Translations under genes and position numbers: made by a program
The notes under the pieces: generated by a model
Database searches by the model: none
The model's input: only the letters and a program-made list of their open reading frames with translations
What the model was told of the DNA's origin: nothing
Shown here: piece after piece, positions 28,439 to 38,627 of the stretch
Layout: every line of letters starts with the position of its first letter
Numbering within the stretch: position 1 is the stretch's first letter
Source: Methylococcaceae bacterium
GTDB lineage: Bacteria > Pseudomonadota > Gammaproteobacteria > Methylococcales > Methylococcaceae
Length of the DNA stretch: 64,000 nucleotides
Direction of reading: 5' to 3'
Assembly (NCBI GenBank): GCA_004299145.1
Contig: SCQD01000173.1
Span: forward strand, 253 to 64,252

Positions 28439-30493
28439 ATGCGCGGCGGATTATTCGGCTACGCGGCCGCACTGCTCGCTTTGACTGCGCTCGCGCTGAC
28501 GCTGAACGGCCTGGCCGGCGTCGATTTCGTGCGCCAGTCGGAATGCCGCACCGCAGTAGTGGCGCGCGAAATGCTCAACTCCGGCGATTTTCTGGTGCCC
28601 ACCGTCAACGGGCAACCGCGCTTTGAAAAACCGCCGCTGTACTACTGGGCCATCGCCGCCCTGGCAGGATCGGGCGAACAGGTGAGCGAAAGCACGGCGC
28701 GCCTGCCCAGCGTGCTGTCGGCGCTGGCGACGGCTTTGCTGCTGGGCGGATTTGCCTACCGGCGCGCCCAACGGCTGGGCCAGCCGCCCTTTGCCGCCGC
28801 CGTGCTGGCGGGTTTGCTGCTGATCTGCCTGCCGGGGTTCTGGCAACGCGCCACGCTGGCCGATGCGGAAAGCCTGTTGGCGCTGGCCTGTCTGGCGGTG
28901 ACTTTTTGTTTGTACGAAGACCTGCGCCAACCTCGGCGCCATTGGCTGCTCGCGGCCTATGCGTTGAGCGCCGTGGCGTTCATGGTAAAAGGCCCGGTGT
29001 TTTTGCTGTTCACTTGGCCGGCTTATTGGCTGGGAGCGCGGGCAGGATGCCCGCGCTCCCAGCACCTCATCGGCCTGCTGCTGTTCGCCGTCGGCGCTTC
29101 CGCCTGGTATGCCGCCGTGCTGTGGCTGGAACCACACGCGCTGGAAGTGTTTCGCCACGAACTGGCGATGCGCTTCGACAGCCGGGAAGCCACCCATCCG
29201 CAGCGGTGGTGGTTTTATTTTGGCCAACTGTTCGAAAGCACCCTGCCCTTGGGCGCATTGCTGCCCTTGGCGCTATATGCCGCCTGGCAAAAACGCGCCG
29301 ACAAGCTGGAAGCGTTTTTGCTGGTCAACGCGGCGATTGCGTTCATCGCGCTGACCCTGCTCAAAACCAAGCAAGCCCATTACCTGCTGCCGGTATTGCC
29401 CTGGCTGGCGTTATGGCTGGGCGATCTGGCCTGGAGCACGGGCAAACGGGTTGAGCGCTGGGTTGCCTTAGTTTGGTTGGGACTGGGCGGAATGCTGGCC
29501 TTGGCGCTGGCCGTATTGGCGCATGGCTATGGCGCTCTTGCTCTGGTGCCGGTGTTCGTACTGTTGGCACTGGCGGCATGGCCGGCGGCGCGCCGGCTGG
29601 GCGATTACCCCTGGCGGGCGGTGTTGCTGTGGAGCGCCGCCCTGGTCGTGGGCGGGTATGCCGCCAACGAAGCGGTGTTCAAGCCGTTGCGCGGCCTCAA
29701 GTTCGAACACAGTGCCTATTTCGAGGCGCTACGCCGGCTCGACGGACTGAGCGTCGCCTTCAACGACGCTTGTTTCTACTATTACTACGGCGCTGCGGTA
29801 CGGCGTTCGGCGGCGCCGGAGCAAAACGCCGAATACCTGCTGACCACCGACGGCACACCCTCGGGCACGTTGCGCAACCAGCACCGGGCGCGACAGGAAT
29901 GGCTGTGGCATCAGTGGAAAAACGAAGCGGTAACCCTGCCGCTACTGACCGTCGAAGACGCTAAACTTCAAGAAGCCTTAGTCATTCCGCGAGGACGCGG
30001 CGGCTTTCAGCCGGGCGGGGGAATGTCGAAGCAAACCAAACACCAAACCGCCTGCCTGACAACGGAGCTGTGGACCGGCGGAACTGAAGCGGCGCTGCTG
30101 AAAGTCGGCATTGACGGAACTTGCAACGCTCTAGCGCTGCTGCCCGATTTGCTGGCCGCCAACGATTTGCTGCAAGCCCGGCTGGCGCCGTGGAAGCTGC
30201 TGTGGCTGCAAGCCGAACCTGCGCCGGACGGGTTGCAAGGCTGGCTGGTCCAGCAATTGCTCAACCGCTGGGTGGAAACCAACGATGCCGCCGTCGTGCT
30301 GGACCGCTCCGCACTGCTGAGTGCGGGCGGCAAACACGCGACGGCGTTGTTGCTCAAACCCGGCGATTTTGACGGCGCCAGCCTGGCGGTAAACAACGAC
30401 GTGCTGGAACTGACCGACGCCGCCGGCGCATCACGCCGCTGGCAACGAAGGGCGACAGGCGGACGCCTGGAAATCAGGGCATTACCGCAATAA
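28439..30493 (+). CDS. GT39/ArnT-like glycosyltransferase with an uncharacterised ~200-aa C-terminal extension
   Basis: ARTAVVAREMLNSGDFLVPTVNGQPRFEKPPLYYW, followed by more than 10 TM helices. ATG 28439 is preferred over GTG 28430. Confidence 0.8.
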   Translation: MRGGLFGYAAALLALTALALTLNGLAGVDFVRQSECRTAVVAREMLNSGDFLVPTVNGQPRFEKPPLYYWAIAALAGSGEQVSESTARLPSVLSALATALLLGGFAYRRAQRLGQPPFAAAVLAGLLLICLPGFWQRATLADAESLLALACLAVTFCLYEDLRQPRRHWLLAAYALSAVAFMVKGPVFLLFTWPAYWLGARAGCPRSQHLIGLLLFAVGASAWYAAVLWLEPHALEVFRHELAMRFDSREATHPQRWWFYFGQLFESTLPLGALLPLALYAAWQKRADKLEAFLLVNAAIAFIALTLLKTKQAHYLLPVLPWLALWLGDLAWSTGKRVERWVALVWLGLGGMLALALAVLAHGYGALALVPVFVLLALAAWPAARRLGDYPWRAVLLWSAALVVGGYAANEAVFKPLRGLKFEHSAYFEALRRLDGLSVAFNDACFYYYYGAAVRRSAAPEQNAEYLLTTDGTPSGTLRNQHRARQEWLWHQWKNEAVTLPLLTVEDAKLQEALVIPRGRGGFQPGGGMSKQTKHQTACLTTELWTGGTEAALLKVGIDGTCNALALLPDLLAANDLLQARLAPWKLLWLQAEPAPDGLQGWLVQQLLNRWVETNDAAVVLDRSALLSAGGKHATALLLKPGDFDGASLAVNNDVLELTDAAGASRRWQRRATGGRLEIRALPQ

Positions 30494-30507
30494 ATGTGGA
30501 TTACGCT

Positions 30508-30560
30508 CGTTCCCAAGCTCCTGCTTGGGAACGCCGCCCCGGAAGCTCCAGCTTCCAGGG
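30508..30560. repeat. REP pair, type A (GTTCCCAAGC..GCTTGGGAAC + GGAAGC..GCTTCC)
   Basis: Inverted repeats read directly. Confidence 0.8.
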
Positions 30561-30638
30561 GTACCATGAAAGGTATTGCTGGCCATTTGACGATGGATGA
30601 ACACCCTGAAAAGCTCCAGCTTCCTTGTACGTAAAGCT

Positions 30639-31880
30639 CTACCCCCCCACCTGCAAATGCCCAATCCGTTCCGCCGCCGGCGGGTGGCTGTAGTGAAACG
30701 CCGAATACAGCGGATCGGGGGTCAAGGTGCTGGCGTTGTCGCGGTACAGCTTGACCAGGGAACTGACCAACGCCGAGGCTTTAGCGTATTCCGCCGCAAA
30801 CGCATCGGCTTCAAATTCGTTTTTGCGCTGATACAAAGCCAGCAAGGGCTGCAAAAACAACGACAAACTGGGCGTCACCAGCACGAACAACAACAAAGCC
30901 GCGGCATTGGACGGCTGCGACACGCCCAGGCCGTGGTAAAACCAGTCATTGCCCGCCAGCCAGCCCAGCAAAGCGAAACCGGCCAGGGTAATGGTCGCGC
31001 TGACCAGCAGCATTTTCACCACGTGGCGGCGCTTGAAATGGCCCAGCTCGTGCGCCAGCACCGCTTCCACCTCATCGTGATCCAAAGTGTTCAGCAAGGT
31101 ATCGAAAAACACGATGCGCTTGTTGTTGCCCAGGCCAGTGAAATAGGCGTTGCCGTGGCCGGAGCGGCGCGAACCGTCCATGACGAAAATGCCCTTGCTG
31201 TGAAAACCGCAGCGTTCCAGCAGCGTTTCCACGCGCCGGCGCAATACCTCGTCTTCCAGCGGGGTAAAACGGTTGAACAGCGGCGCGATGAAAGTGGGAA
31301 ACGCCCAGGCCATCACCAGCGAAAAGCCCATCAGGATGGCCCAAGCCCACAGCCACCAGCCCTGCCCTGCCCCATCCATCACCCACAGGATCAGCCACAG
31401 CAGCGGAACACCCAGCGCCAGCGTCAAGCCCCACTGCATCAGAAAATCCACCGCGAACTGGCGCGGCGTGCTGCGGTTGAAACCGTGGCGCTGTTCCAGC
31501 ACAAAAGTCCGGTAAATATCGATGGGCAAATCCAGCATCTGCGCCACGACCATGAAGCTGACGATGGTCGCCACGCCTTGCCAAAGCGGCGGCCAGGAGG
31601 TGGCGCTCCAGGCGGTAGCCATCCAATCGATGCCGCCGCCCAGCGTGAACAGCAGGGTAATCGCCGCACCCAGCCAGCGTTCGATTTCGCCCAGCCGGCC
31701 CTTGTCCAGCGTGTAATCGGCGGCTTTCTGGTGCGCTTCCAGGGAAAAACTGTCGCGAAAAGCGCCCGGCACTTCGCCGCGATGGGCCGTCACGTGGGCC
31801 GCCTGGCGGCGCCACAGCCAGGATTCCAGCAGCAAAGCCACAGCCAGCGCGGCGAGAAAAACAAAAGTCATGGCATTCAT
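30639..31880 (-). CDS. M48-family (Ste24-type) zinc metalloprotease
   Basis: HELGHFKRRH (HExxH motif). Multi-TM N-terminal domain. 413 aa. Confidence 0.88.
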   Translation of the reverse strand: MNAMTFVFLAALAVALLLESWLWRRQAAHVTAHRGEVPGAFRDSFSLEAHQKAADYTLDKGRLGEIERWLGAAITLLFTLGGGIDWMATAWSATSWPPLWQGVATIVSFMVVAQMLDLPIDIYRTFVLEQRHGFNRSTPRQFAVDFLMQWGLTLALGVPLLWLILWVMDGAGQGWWLWAWAILMGFSLVMAWAFPTFIAPLFNRFTPLEDEVLRRRVETLLERCGFHSKGIFVMDGSRRSGHGNAYFTGLGNNKRIVFFDTLLNTLDHDEVEAVLAHELGHFKRRHVVKMLLVSATITLAGFALLGWLAGNDWFYHGLGVSQPSNAAALLLFVLVTPSLSLFLQPLLALYQRKNEFEADAFAAEYAKASALVSSLVKLYRDNASTLTPDPLYSAFHYSHPPAAERIGHLQVGG

Positions 31881-32596
31881 GGTGTGTGATCTTATGGTCG
31901 AAATTGACGCAACAGCTTACCTCAAGCCTTGGTCATTCCAGAAGCCCGGCGGACAGGCCATTGCGCTGGGCAACGGCTAGACGGCCGTTATTAGCAAGCA
32001 TGGCGGCTTTCACGGCAGCAGAATGAGAAAAACGCTTCTGTCTTTACCGCTGCCCCATGGTGAGGATGGTATGTGACAATAGACTGAACAAAACGCCAAA
32101 CTCCACGGCAACCCTGAATTCAACGAATTCCTTTTCAGGCTGCGGAGCTTGCGATACTGAGATTTTGGCAATCTTGGCCCGCTATGTTTTGCCTGTTGCG
32201 CACAATGCCAATTAGTCCGCAGAGGTTGCCGGCGAGAAATCGCGCCTCAGTGGCTCTGAATTCCGCCACATACCAAGATGGGTTGGGAAAACTGTCTTCA
32301 TCCCCGATCAAATCTCCCCAAAGCGCTACGATATGCTTGAGTAATACCAGCTTCCTGTGATGATCAACCTGGCTAAAGGCGATGGAATTTTCCAAGCCAT
32401 AGAACTGATACTTCGGTTATTGCGCGCCGTTACTGAAATGCTGATCGACCCTTTGCCAACGGGGCCGATTGATCAATGGGGATGGCCGCAGTGGCTATGG
32501 GCGTTGTTTTTGCTGACCGCAACCCTGTGGCTGGTTTGGGTCATTTTGAGCCTGCGGAAAAAACCATAAAGAACCTACAAACGCGAGGCGTAAGCG

Positions 32597-32656
32597 CCCC
32601 CCTGGGAGCGCGGCCATCCTGGCCGCCGTGCAGGCGAGACGCCTGCACTCCCAGGG
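32597..32656. repeat. REP, type B (CCTGGGAGCGCGG...CACTCCCAGGG)
   Basis: Palindromic ends CCTGGGAG/CTCCCAGG. Related copies lie at 37829-37937, 54152-54235 and 56218-56304. Confidence 0.75.
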
Positions 32657-32677
32657 ATTACCGCGAGGCAACCATTT

Positions 32678-33763
32678 CTACTTCTGCCCCGCAACAGCCT
32701 CCGCATTGCGGTTCAAAAACACCCGCAAATGGCGCGGCTGGATATACACCTCTTCACCGTTGTGCAACGCCAGTTCCCGAAACTGCTCACGGCTCAGTTG
32801 GGCTTCGATCGGGTCACCATCATGGGTGTCCAGTTCCAGCCGCACGATGGGGCCGACCGCCTGAATGTGGTTGACCACCGCACTGATCGACGAAACCCCA
32901 TCCGCTTTGCGCGTAATCTCGATGTCCTGGGGCCGCACGTAGGCTATCGCCGGGCTGTGTTCAGCGTCAGCGAATTCCGGCGCCGCCACCTGGTAGTCGC
33001 CGATGTGCGCCCAGCCGGCGTGCACCCGGCTGTGGAACAGATTGACGTTGCCGAGAAACTGGTACACGAACGGCGTGGCCGGTTCGTCATAGACTTTATC
33101 CGGCGTGCCTACCTGCTCGATCAATCCGCCGTTCATCACCACCACGCGGTCGGCGACCTCCAGGGCTTCTTCCTGGTCATGCGTCACGAACACGCTGGTA
33201 ATACCCATATCGTCGTGCAAATGGCGCAGCCAGCGCCGCAGTTCTTTGCGCACTTTGGCGTCCAGCGCGCCGAAAGGCTCGTCCAGCAACAACACTTTGG
33301 GTTCGACCGCCAGGGCGCGCGCCAAGGCGATGCGCTGGCGCTGACCGCCTGACAACTGGGCCGGATAGCGGTCTGCCAGCCAATCCAACTGCACCAGGCT
33401 CAGCAGGTCGTGCACTTTACGCTGGATTGCTTCTTCCGGTGGACGGGAACGGCGCGAGCGGACGCGCAGGCCGAAAGCCACGTTTTCGAACACCGTCATG
33501 TGGCGGAACAAGGCGTAATGCTGGAACACGAAGCCGACCTGGCGTTCGCCGATCTGGCGCTCGGTGGCGTCTTCGCCGTCGAACAGGATGCTGCCCTGGT
33601 CCGGTGCTTCCAGACCGGCGATGATGCGCAGCAGCGTGGTTTTGCCGCAACCGGAAGGCCCCAGCAGCGCAAGCAGTTCACCGTTTTCGACGGTAAGGTC
33701 GATGCCTTTGATGGCGTTGAAGGCGCCGAATGATTTGACGATGTTGCGGATTTCGATGCTCAT
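32678..33763 (-). CDS. cysA: sulfate/thiosulfate ABC transporter ATP-binding protein
   Basis: [24 protein letters not shown], and a C-terminal TOBE-like regulatory domain. 361 aa. Confidence 0.92.
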   Translation of the reverse strand: MSIEIRNIVKSFGAFNAIKGIDLTVENGELLALLGPSGCGKTTLLRIIAGLEAPDQGSILFDGEDATERQIGERQVGFVFQHYALFRHMTVFENVAFGLRVRSRRSRPPEEAIQRKVHDLLSLVQLDWLADRYPAQLSGGQRQRIALARALAVEPKVLLLDEPFGALDAKVRKELRRWLRHLHDDMGITSVFVTHDQEEALEVADRVVVMNGGLIEQVGTPDKVYDEPATPFVYQFLGNVNLFHSRVHAGWAHIGDYQVAAPEFADAEHSPAIAYVRPQDIEITRKADGVSSISAVVNHIQAVGPIVRLELDTHDGDPIEAQLSREQFRELALHNGEEVYIQPRHLRVFLNRNAEAVAGQK

Positions 33764-33778
33764 GGTTGGCTCTCGTGG

Positions 33779-34663
33779 TTAATGGGACGGTTGCAAATGC
33801 CCTTCGACCAGGGTCTTCAGCACCAGCGTCACCAATGCCAGCAACGCCAGTAACGAGGCGGCGGCAAAGGCGGCGGTGAAGTTGTATTCGTTGTAAAGAA
33901 TTTCCACGTGCAGCGGAATGGTGTTGGTCAGACCGCGGATATGGCCGGACACCACCGACACCGCGCCGAATTCGCCCATGGCGCGGGCGTTGCTGAGGAT
34001 CACGCCGTACAGCAAGCCCCACTTGACGTTGGGCAGGGTGACGCGCCAGAAGGTCTGCCAGCCCGAAGCGCCCAGCACCAGGGCGGCTTCCTCTTCTTCG
34101 CTGCCCTGGGCCTGCATGAGCGGAATCAGCTCCCGCGCCACAAACGGGAAGGTGACGAAAGTGGTCGCCAGCACGATGCCCGGCACGGCAAAAATGATCT
34201 TGACGTCATGTTCCGCCAGCCAGGGACCGAACCAGCCCGGCATGCCGAACAGCAGCACGTAGATCAGGCCGGCGATGACGGGCGAGACGGAAAACGGCAG
34301 GTCGATGAGGGTGAGCAGCAGGTTTTTGCCGCGAAAATCGAACTTGGCGATGGCCCAGGCGGCGCTGACGCCGAAAACCAGGTTGAGCGGCACGCTGATC
34401 AGCGCGACCAGCAAGGTGAGTTTGATGGCGGACCAGGCGGTGGGCTCGGACAGCGCCGTCCAGTAGACGCTCAGTCCTTTGGCCAAAGCCTGCGTAAACA
34501 CCGCCAGCAGCGGAACCAGCAGAAATACCCCCAGGAAAAAAAGTGCCAAGCCGGTCAGCGCCCAGCGTACCGCCACCGGCTCGGTGGTGGCCTGGGGCGT
34601 CATGGCCTGGCGAGTGGGTTGCGCCAGAGAAACGTGCGTTTGGTGTAATACAGCGGTTTTCAT
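33779..34663 (-). CDS. cysW: sulfate ABC transporter permease CysW
   Basis: Permease with an EAA-loop region ([22 protein letters not shown]). Confidence 0.9.
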   Translation of the reverse strand: MKTAVLHQTHVSLAQPTRQAMTPQATTEPVAVRWALTGLALFFLGVFLLVPLLAVFTQALAKGLSVYWTALSEPTAWSAIKLTLLVALISVPLNLVFGVSAAWAIAKFDFRGKNLLLTLIDLPFSVSPVIAGLIYVLLFGMPGWFGPWLAEHDVKIIFAVPGIVLATTFVTFPFVARELIPLMQAQGSEEEEAALVLGASGWQTFWRVTLPNVKWGLLYGVILSNARAMGEFGAVSVVSGHIRGLTNTIPLHVEILYNEYNFTAAFAAASLLALLALVTLVLKTLVEGHLQPSH

Positions 34664-34742
34664 GATCTACGTCTTGGTGAGTTGAGCGCGTTAGAATTCG
34701 TAAAAGTTACTTTTCCGCTTGGGAACCAGCGATGTGTTTGCG

Positions 34743-35612
34743 CTATTCCGTCATGCCATAACGGCGCCGGCTCCACCACTGCCATAAGTTGATCAGCAAC
34801 AGCAGCGCGAAAGACACCCCCAGCATGGAGACGGCGATGGCGGTGGCCCCGGCGGTGTCGTACTGTTCCAGCTTGGTGATGATGAGCAGCGGGGTGATTT
34901 CCGATACCAGCGGAATATTGCCGGCGATAAAGATCACCGAACCGTATTCCCCCACGGCGCGGGCGAATGCCAGGGCAAAACCGGTCAGCAGCGCCGGCGA
35001 TAGCGCCGGCAGAATCACCTGCATGAAAGTCTGCCGGCGCGTGGCTCCCAGGCTGGCGGCGGCCTCTTCCAGTTCCATTTCCAAATCTTCCAAGACCGGC
35101 TGCACGGTGCGAATAACGAAAGGCAGGCCGATAAAGGTCAGCGCCACGAACACCCCCAGCGGCGTATAAGCCACCTTGATGCCCAGCGGCGCCAGCAAAC
35201 CGCCGATCCAGCCGTTTTTGGCATACACGGCGGACAAAGAGATGCCGGCGACCGCCGTGGGCAAGGCAAACGGCAGATCGACCAAGGCGTCCACCACGCG
35301 TTTGCCGGGAAAGCGATAGCGCACCAACACCCAGGCCACCAGCAAGCCGAACACGGCATTCACCGCAGCAGCCGCCAACGCCGCACCGAAACTCAAGCGG
35401 TAAGACGCCAGCACCCTGGGCTCGGTCACGGTGTGCCAGAACTGCTCCCACGACAGCGCAAACGTTTTTAAAAATGCCGCGGACAACGGCAGCAATACGA
35501 CCAAAGCCAGATAGACCAGCGTGTAGCCCAAAGTCAGGCCGAAGCCCGGCAATACCGAAGGGCGTTTGAGTAATAAACCAGCGGCTTGCAGCATGCATCG
35601 ATCTCCGGTCAA
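34743..35612 (-). CDS. cysT: sulfate ABC transporter permease CysT
   Basis: SVLPGFGLTLGYTLVYL N-terminus. EAA loop EEAAASLGATRRQTF. The start may be ATG 35594. Confidence 0.9.
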   Translation of the reverse strand: MTGDRCMLQAAGLLLKRPSVLPGFGLTLGYTLVYLALVVLLPLSAAFLKTFALSWEQFWHTVTEPRVLASYRLSFGAALAAAAVNAVFGLLVAWVLVRYRFPGKRVVDALVDLPFALPTAVAGISLSAVYAKNGWIGGLLAPLGIKVAYTPLGVFVALTFIGLPFVIRTVQPVLEDLEMELEEAAASLGATRRQTFMQVILPALSPALLTGFALAFARAVGEYGSVIFIAGNIPLVSEITPLLIITKLEQYDTAGATAIAVSMLGVSFALLLLINLWQWWSRRRYGMTE

Positions 35613-36469
35613 GCGGCGTTGCGCAAACGCTGCGCCGCTGTTTGTTCAAAGTACTCGCCTTCCAGCAGATGGGCATTCCAGGACAGCGCCTCGGCCAGAT
35701 GCCCGGCGGTTTCGATGCCGCTCTGGATCGCCAGGCCGCCGGCGCTGCGCGCGACGGCCACCAACCGGCAGGCAGCTGCGTGCTGTTGTTCGGACAGTGC
35801 GTGACCCGCCGCATCGTGCAAAAAAGCCGGCTCCAGCTTGACGTAGTCGGGCAACAAGCGCGTCACGAATACCGCTGCCTGCTGGATTTGTTCGACCCGG
35901 GTTTGATCAAGTTTTACCGCCAGGCGATAACCCCGGCTGCGATAGTTGTTCAGGCCTTGCGCCAGCGCCAACTGGTAGCTGTTGCTCAGGTGGCTGAACG
36001 GCACGCTGACTGCCACCTGCCTGGGCGTCAACCCGCAACTGGCCAGCACTTCTTCAAAGTAAGCGCCGTGATTTTTCTTGACGCTCAAGACGTGGCGCGG
36101 ATTGACTTCCAGGAACAAAACGCCGTCGTCCCAGGCCTTGGGCAAATAATTCAGCATGTGCACCGTGCGGCACAGGCGGTCCAGGTTGATCACCGAGCTG
36201 TCCTCGGCACCCGCGAATACATCCAGGATGGCGTGCGGGCTGCCGCTCTCGACAAAAGCGCGCAGCACCGCTTCCCAACCTTGCACGATCAGCGGACTGT
36301 CCGCCAGACGCAGCGGTTTCAACACGCTGGTCAAACGCAATTCGCCGACCTTGCCTTCCACTTTGCCGCGCGCCAGCCGCAGCGGGTATTCGGCGATATT
36401 CCGCTCCTGCTGGAAGCGCTTGTTGAATAAAGTCACCAATTGTTCCAATTGCATGGCCGGTGCCCTCAT
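35609..36469 (-). CDS. degenerate EAL-like domain protein
   Basis: EAVLR (in place of EALxR), LEVNPR, DYVKLEP, SGIET and EGEYF align to EAL landmarks. The DDFGTG loop and the ExxE acidic residues are missing (KLDQ, VSVPFS). The ATG shares 1 nt with the yezD stop. Confidence 0.55.
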   Translation of the reverse strand: MRAPAMQLEQLVTLFNKRFQQERNIAEYPLRLARGKVEGKVGELRLTSVLKPLRLADSPLIVQGWEAVLRAFVESGSPHAILDVFAGAEDSSVINLDRLCRTVHMLNYLPKAWDDGVLFLEVNPRHVLSVKKNHGAYFEEVLASCGLTPRQVAVSVPFSHLSNSYQLALAQGLNNYRSRGYRLAVKLDQTRVEQIQQAAVFVTRLLPDYVKLEPAFLHDAAGHALSEQQHAAACRLVAVARSAGGLAIQSGIETAGHLAEALSWNAHLLEGEYFEQTAAQRLRNAA

Positions 36470-36663
36470 CACTGGCGCGCAGCGACCGGCTGATCCAGGC
36501 GCAGCTTTTCTTTACGCTCGATTTGCACGATGCGCCCATCGTGAATGGTGACCTCCACCGAACCGTACTGAATGCCCTGCAAGGCATTCAGTACGTGCAA
36601 TGCGCTGGATGACAGCACATCGCTTACGTGGGTCGCTGTTTGAGAGAGCGAATGGCGGCTCAT
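36469..36663 (-). CDS. YezD/DUF2292 family small protein
   Basis: YGSVEVTIHDGRIVQIERKEKLRL is the DUF2292 hallmark. This family commonly accompanies sulfur-assimilation genes. Confidence 0.75.
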   Translation of the reverse strand: MSRHSLSQTATHVSDVLSSSALHVLNALQGIQYGSVEVTIHDGRIVQIERKEKLRLDQPVAARQ

Positions 36664-36968
36664 GGGGCTGTTACCTTATGTGTGACGGGGTAGTGTCGAA
36701 ATAACGCATGGCGCGGCGAACAAAGTTCGGTTGCAACCTGTCCGCGCGCTGTCTGGGCAACATCATAAGCGGTTGCCACATAACCACAAAGAATATAAAT
36801 CTATTTGATTATTTCTAATAAACATATTGATAGGATTGCAGGCAGGCTGCCCGCAGCCCCAAGAGCAGCGCGGATACGCCGCAAGCCATGCCCGTGCCGG
36901 GTATAATCGGCTGCGGCTATGCCTCATGGATAGCCGAAACCCGATCGATTTAAGGCTTCAGCAAAACC

Positions 36969-37817
36969 ATGCCGACAAAACCCAATACTTCATTGAAGGA
37001 CGTTGCAATACTCCACCAGGGTCCGGCTCAACTTCCCGCTCTGGTAATCGGCGATATACGCCTGCTGGGCGGTTTGGGGGACCGGTTATTCCGGTTACTC
37101 GCCGCCATCGATCACACCGGCTCCATCAACCAGGCGGCCAAGGATGTCGGTTTAACGTATAAGGGAGCGTGGGAGATGATAGAGCGCGCCAACAATCTGG
37201 CACCGAAGCTATTGGTTGCTACGGCAATCGGTGGCCGCCTGGGCGGTGGAACCCGCCTGACGCCGGCGGGCAAAAAAATTCTGCAATTATTTATCCAAAT
37301 CAGAAACGAGCACGCCCAGTTTATTGAGCAAATCAATCAACGACTGGCGAGCGACCCCGATACTGTTTTTTTATTCAAGAGGTTAATCATGAAAGCAAGC
37401 GCACGTAATCAATTTTTCGGCAAAGTCACCGCTGTCGCTGTCGGCGCCGTCAACGCCACCGTGGTGGTAGGTTTGAAAGGAGGGGAAAACATCGTTGCCA
37501 CCATCACCAAAGAATCCGCCGAAGCGCTGGGCATCAAAAACGGCGTGGACGTGGTGGCGCTGGTCAAAGCTCCGCAAATCGTGCTCATCACGGATTTTGG
37601 CGGCTATCGCGTTTCCGCGCGCAATCAATTGACGGGCAAAGTTGCGCGCATCCAGAAGGGCGCGGTCAACGCGGAAGTGGTGATTGAACTGGCGGGCGGG
37701 GATTCGATAACGGCGACGATAACCAATGAAAGCATCGAAACGCTGAATTTGTCACTGGGCTGTACCGCTACCGCCGTATTTAAAGCCGGCGCGGTCATTT
37801 TGGGTGTTGCTGCCTGA
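36969..37817 (+). CDS. modE: molybdate-responsive regulator ModE (wHTH + two Mop/TOBE domains)
   Basis: GSINQAAKDVGLTYKGAWEMIERAN. Two SARNQ(F/L)xGKV...ATIT repeats. Confidence 0.85.
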   Translation: MPTKPNTSLKDVAILHQGPAQLPALVIGDIRLLGGLGDRLFRLLAAIDHTGSINQAAKDVGLTYKGAWEMIERANNLAPKLLVATAIGGRLGGGTRLTPAGKKILQLFIQIRNEHAQFIEQINQRLASDPDTVFLFKRLIMKASARNQFFGKVTAVAVGAVNATVVVGLKGGENIVATITKESAEALGIKNGVDVVALVKAPQIVLITDFGGYRVSARNQLTGKVARIQKGAVNAEVVIELAGGDSITATITNESIETLNLSLGCTATAVFKAGAVILGVAA

Positions 37818-37828
37818 CCAGCAGGGTA

Positions 37829-37937
37829 ACCTGGGAGCGCGGGCGTCTCGCCCGCCCTGCGGTCAGAGCCTGTTCTGAGCTTGCCGAAGGAATGGCCGCC
37901 CCCCCAGGGTTGCGGGCAGGATGCCCACGCTCCCAGG
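37829..37937. repeat. REP array, type B
   Basis: CCTGGGAGCGCGGGCGTCTCGCCCGCC ... GCGGGCAGGATGCCCACGCTCCCAGGG. Confidence 0.75.
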
Positions 37938-38002
37938 GGGGCGCATAGCAAGTATTGAAAAAATAGGATAATGACGCCAGCTACGTTAAGGAAACCATCA
38001 GT

Positions 38003-38194
38003 TCACAAAACAATTTCTTTCATCTGGTAATTTTCCGGGACCTCATCCATTGCCATAGCCAGGTAGGCATCCCGGATATTTTCCTCAAGCTCTTCCAATG
38101 ACTCGCCCTGCGTCATGATTTCAGGGTGCTCCAGCAGTTTCCCCAGCCAAAAGTGCTCTTTTTTCCAATAGATCATGGTGGATAAACGATTCAT
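38003..38194 (-). CDS. HicB-like antitoxin (no hicA partner seen)
   Basis: 63 aa. YWKKEHFWLGKLLEHPEIMTQGESLEELEENIRDA matches the HicB_lk/UPF0150 pattern. Confidence 0.65.
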   Translation of the reverse strand: MNRLSTMIYWKKEHFWLGKLLEHPEIMTQGESLEELEENIRDAYLAMAMDEVPENYQMKEIVL

Positions 38195-38261
38195 AAATTT
38201 TCTCGTTGTGATCGTTATGGAACGGACTGTAGTAAGTTATTTTTTAAGCGAATATTCAAGA

Positions 38262-38516
38262 TCACCCAAATGCGTCGACGGAGTGGCTTAAATAACTCGG
38301 CGGTTCGTGTGGAGCGTGTTGAGGAAACGTCAATTCAACCCCGAACTTTTCGCCAAAACACTGCACGGCAAGATCCCCCAATCGTGTGGAGGGAGTGACC
38401 GCCTGTCGAAGAATGCGCCGCGCTTCCTCTTCCATGGATATGCGGTGATGGGCGGCGTGGATGCGCAATCGCGCGATGGTCTCGTCGTCCAGTTTTCGGA
38501 TGCTCAGATTAGCCAT
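38262..38516 (-). CDS. RHH (FitA/VapB-like) antitoxin (no PIN toxin partner seen)
   Basis: MANLSIRKLDDETIARLRIHAAHHRISMEEEARRILRQAV. GGGAG RBS before ATG 38516. Confidence 0.65.
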   Translation of the reverse strand: MANLSIRKLDDETIARLRIHAAHHRISMEEEARRILRQAVTPSTRLGDLAVQCFGEKFGVELTFPQHAPHEPPSYLSHSVDAFG

Positions 38517-38627
38517 GGCAAACTCCCAGGTTGCTATCACATGCAGGCATTAGCGCCATCCACTTAATATAACTTTTCAACAATTTGTTGGATTTTGACA
38601 ACCAACCCATATCAAGCGAATAACTTG

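Noticed and set aside
31881-32677. Small ORFs 32135-32395 (-) and 32357-32569 (+) in the gap between the M48 protease gene and cysA
   Set aside because: No motifs or convincing RBS were seen. The + ORF has one C-terminal hydrophobic helix and could be a real small membrane protein, but the evidence is too thin to annotate.
34660-35814. 384-aa ORF overlapping cysT out of frame. Similar long shadow ORFs: 4605-5591, 4817-6052, 10649-11494, 26025-27488, 30597-31889, 42308-43810, 44785-46518, 46490-48310, 58575-59870, 61452-62420
   Set aside because: All are antisense to or out of frame with motif-supported genes and have Arg/Gly/Ala/Pro-biased composition.
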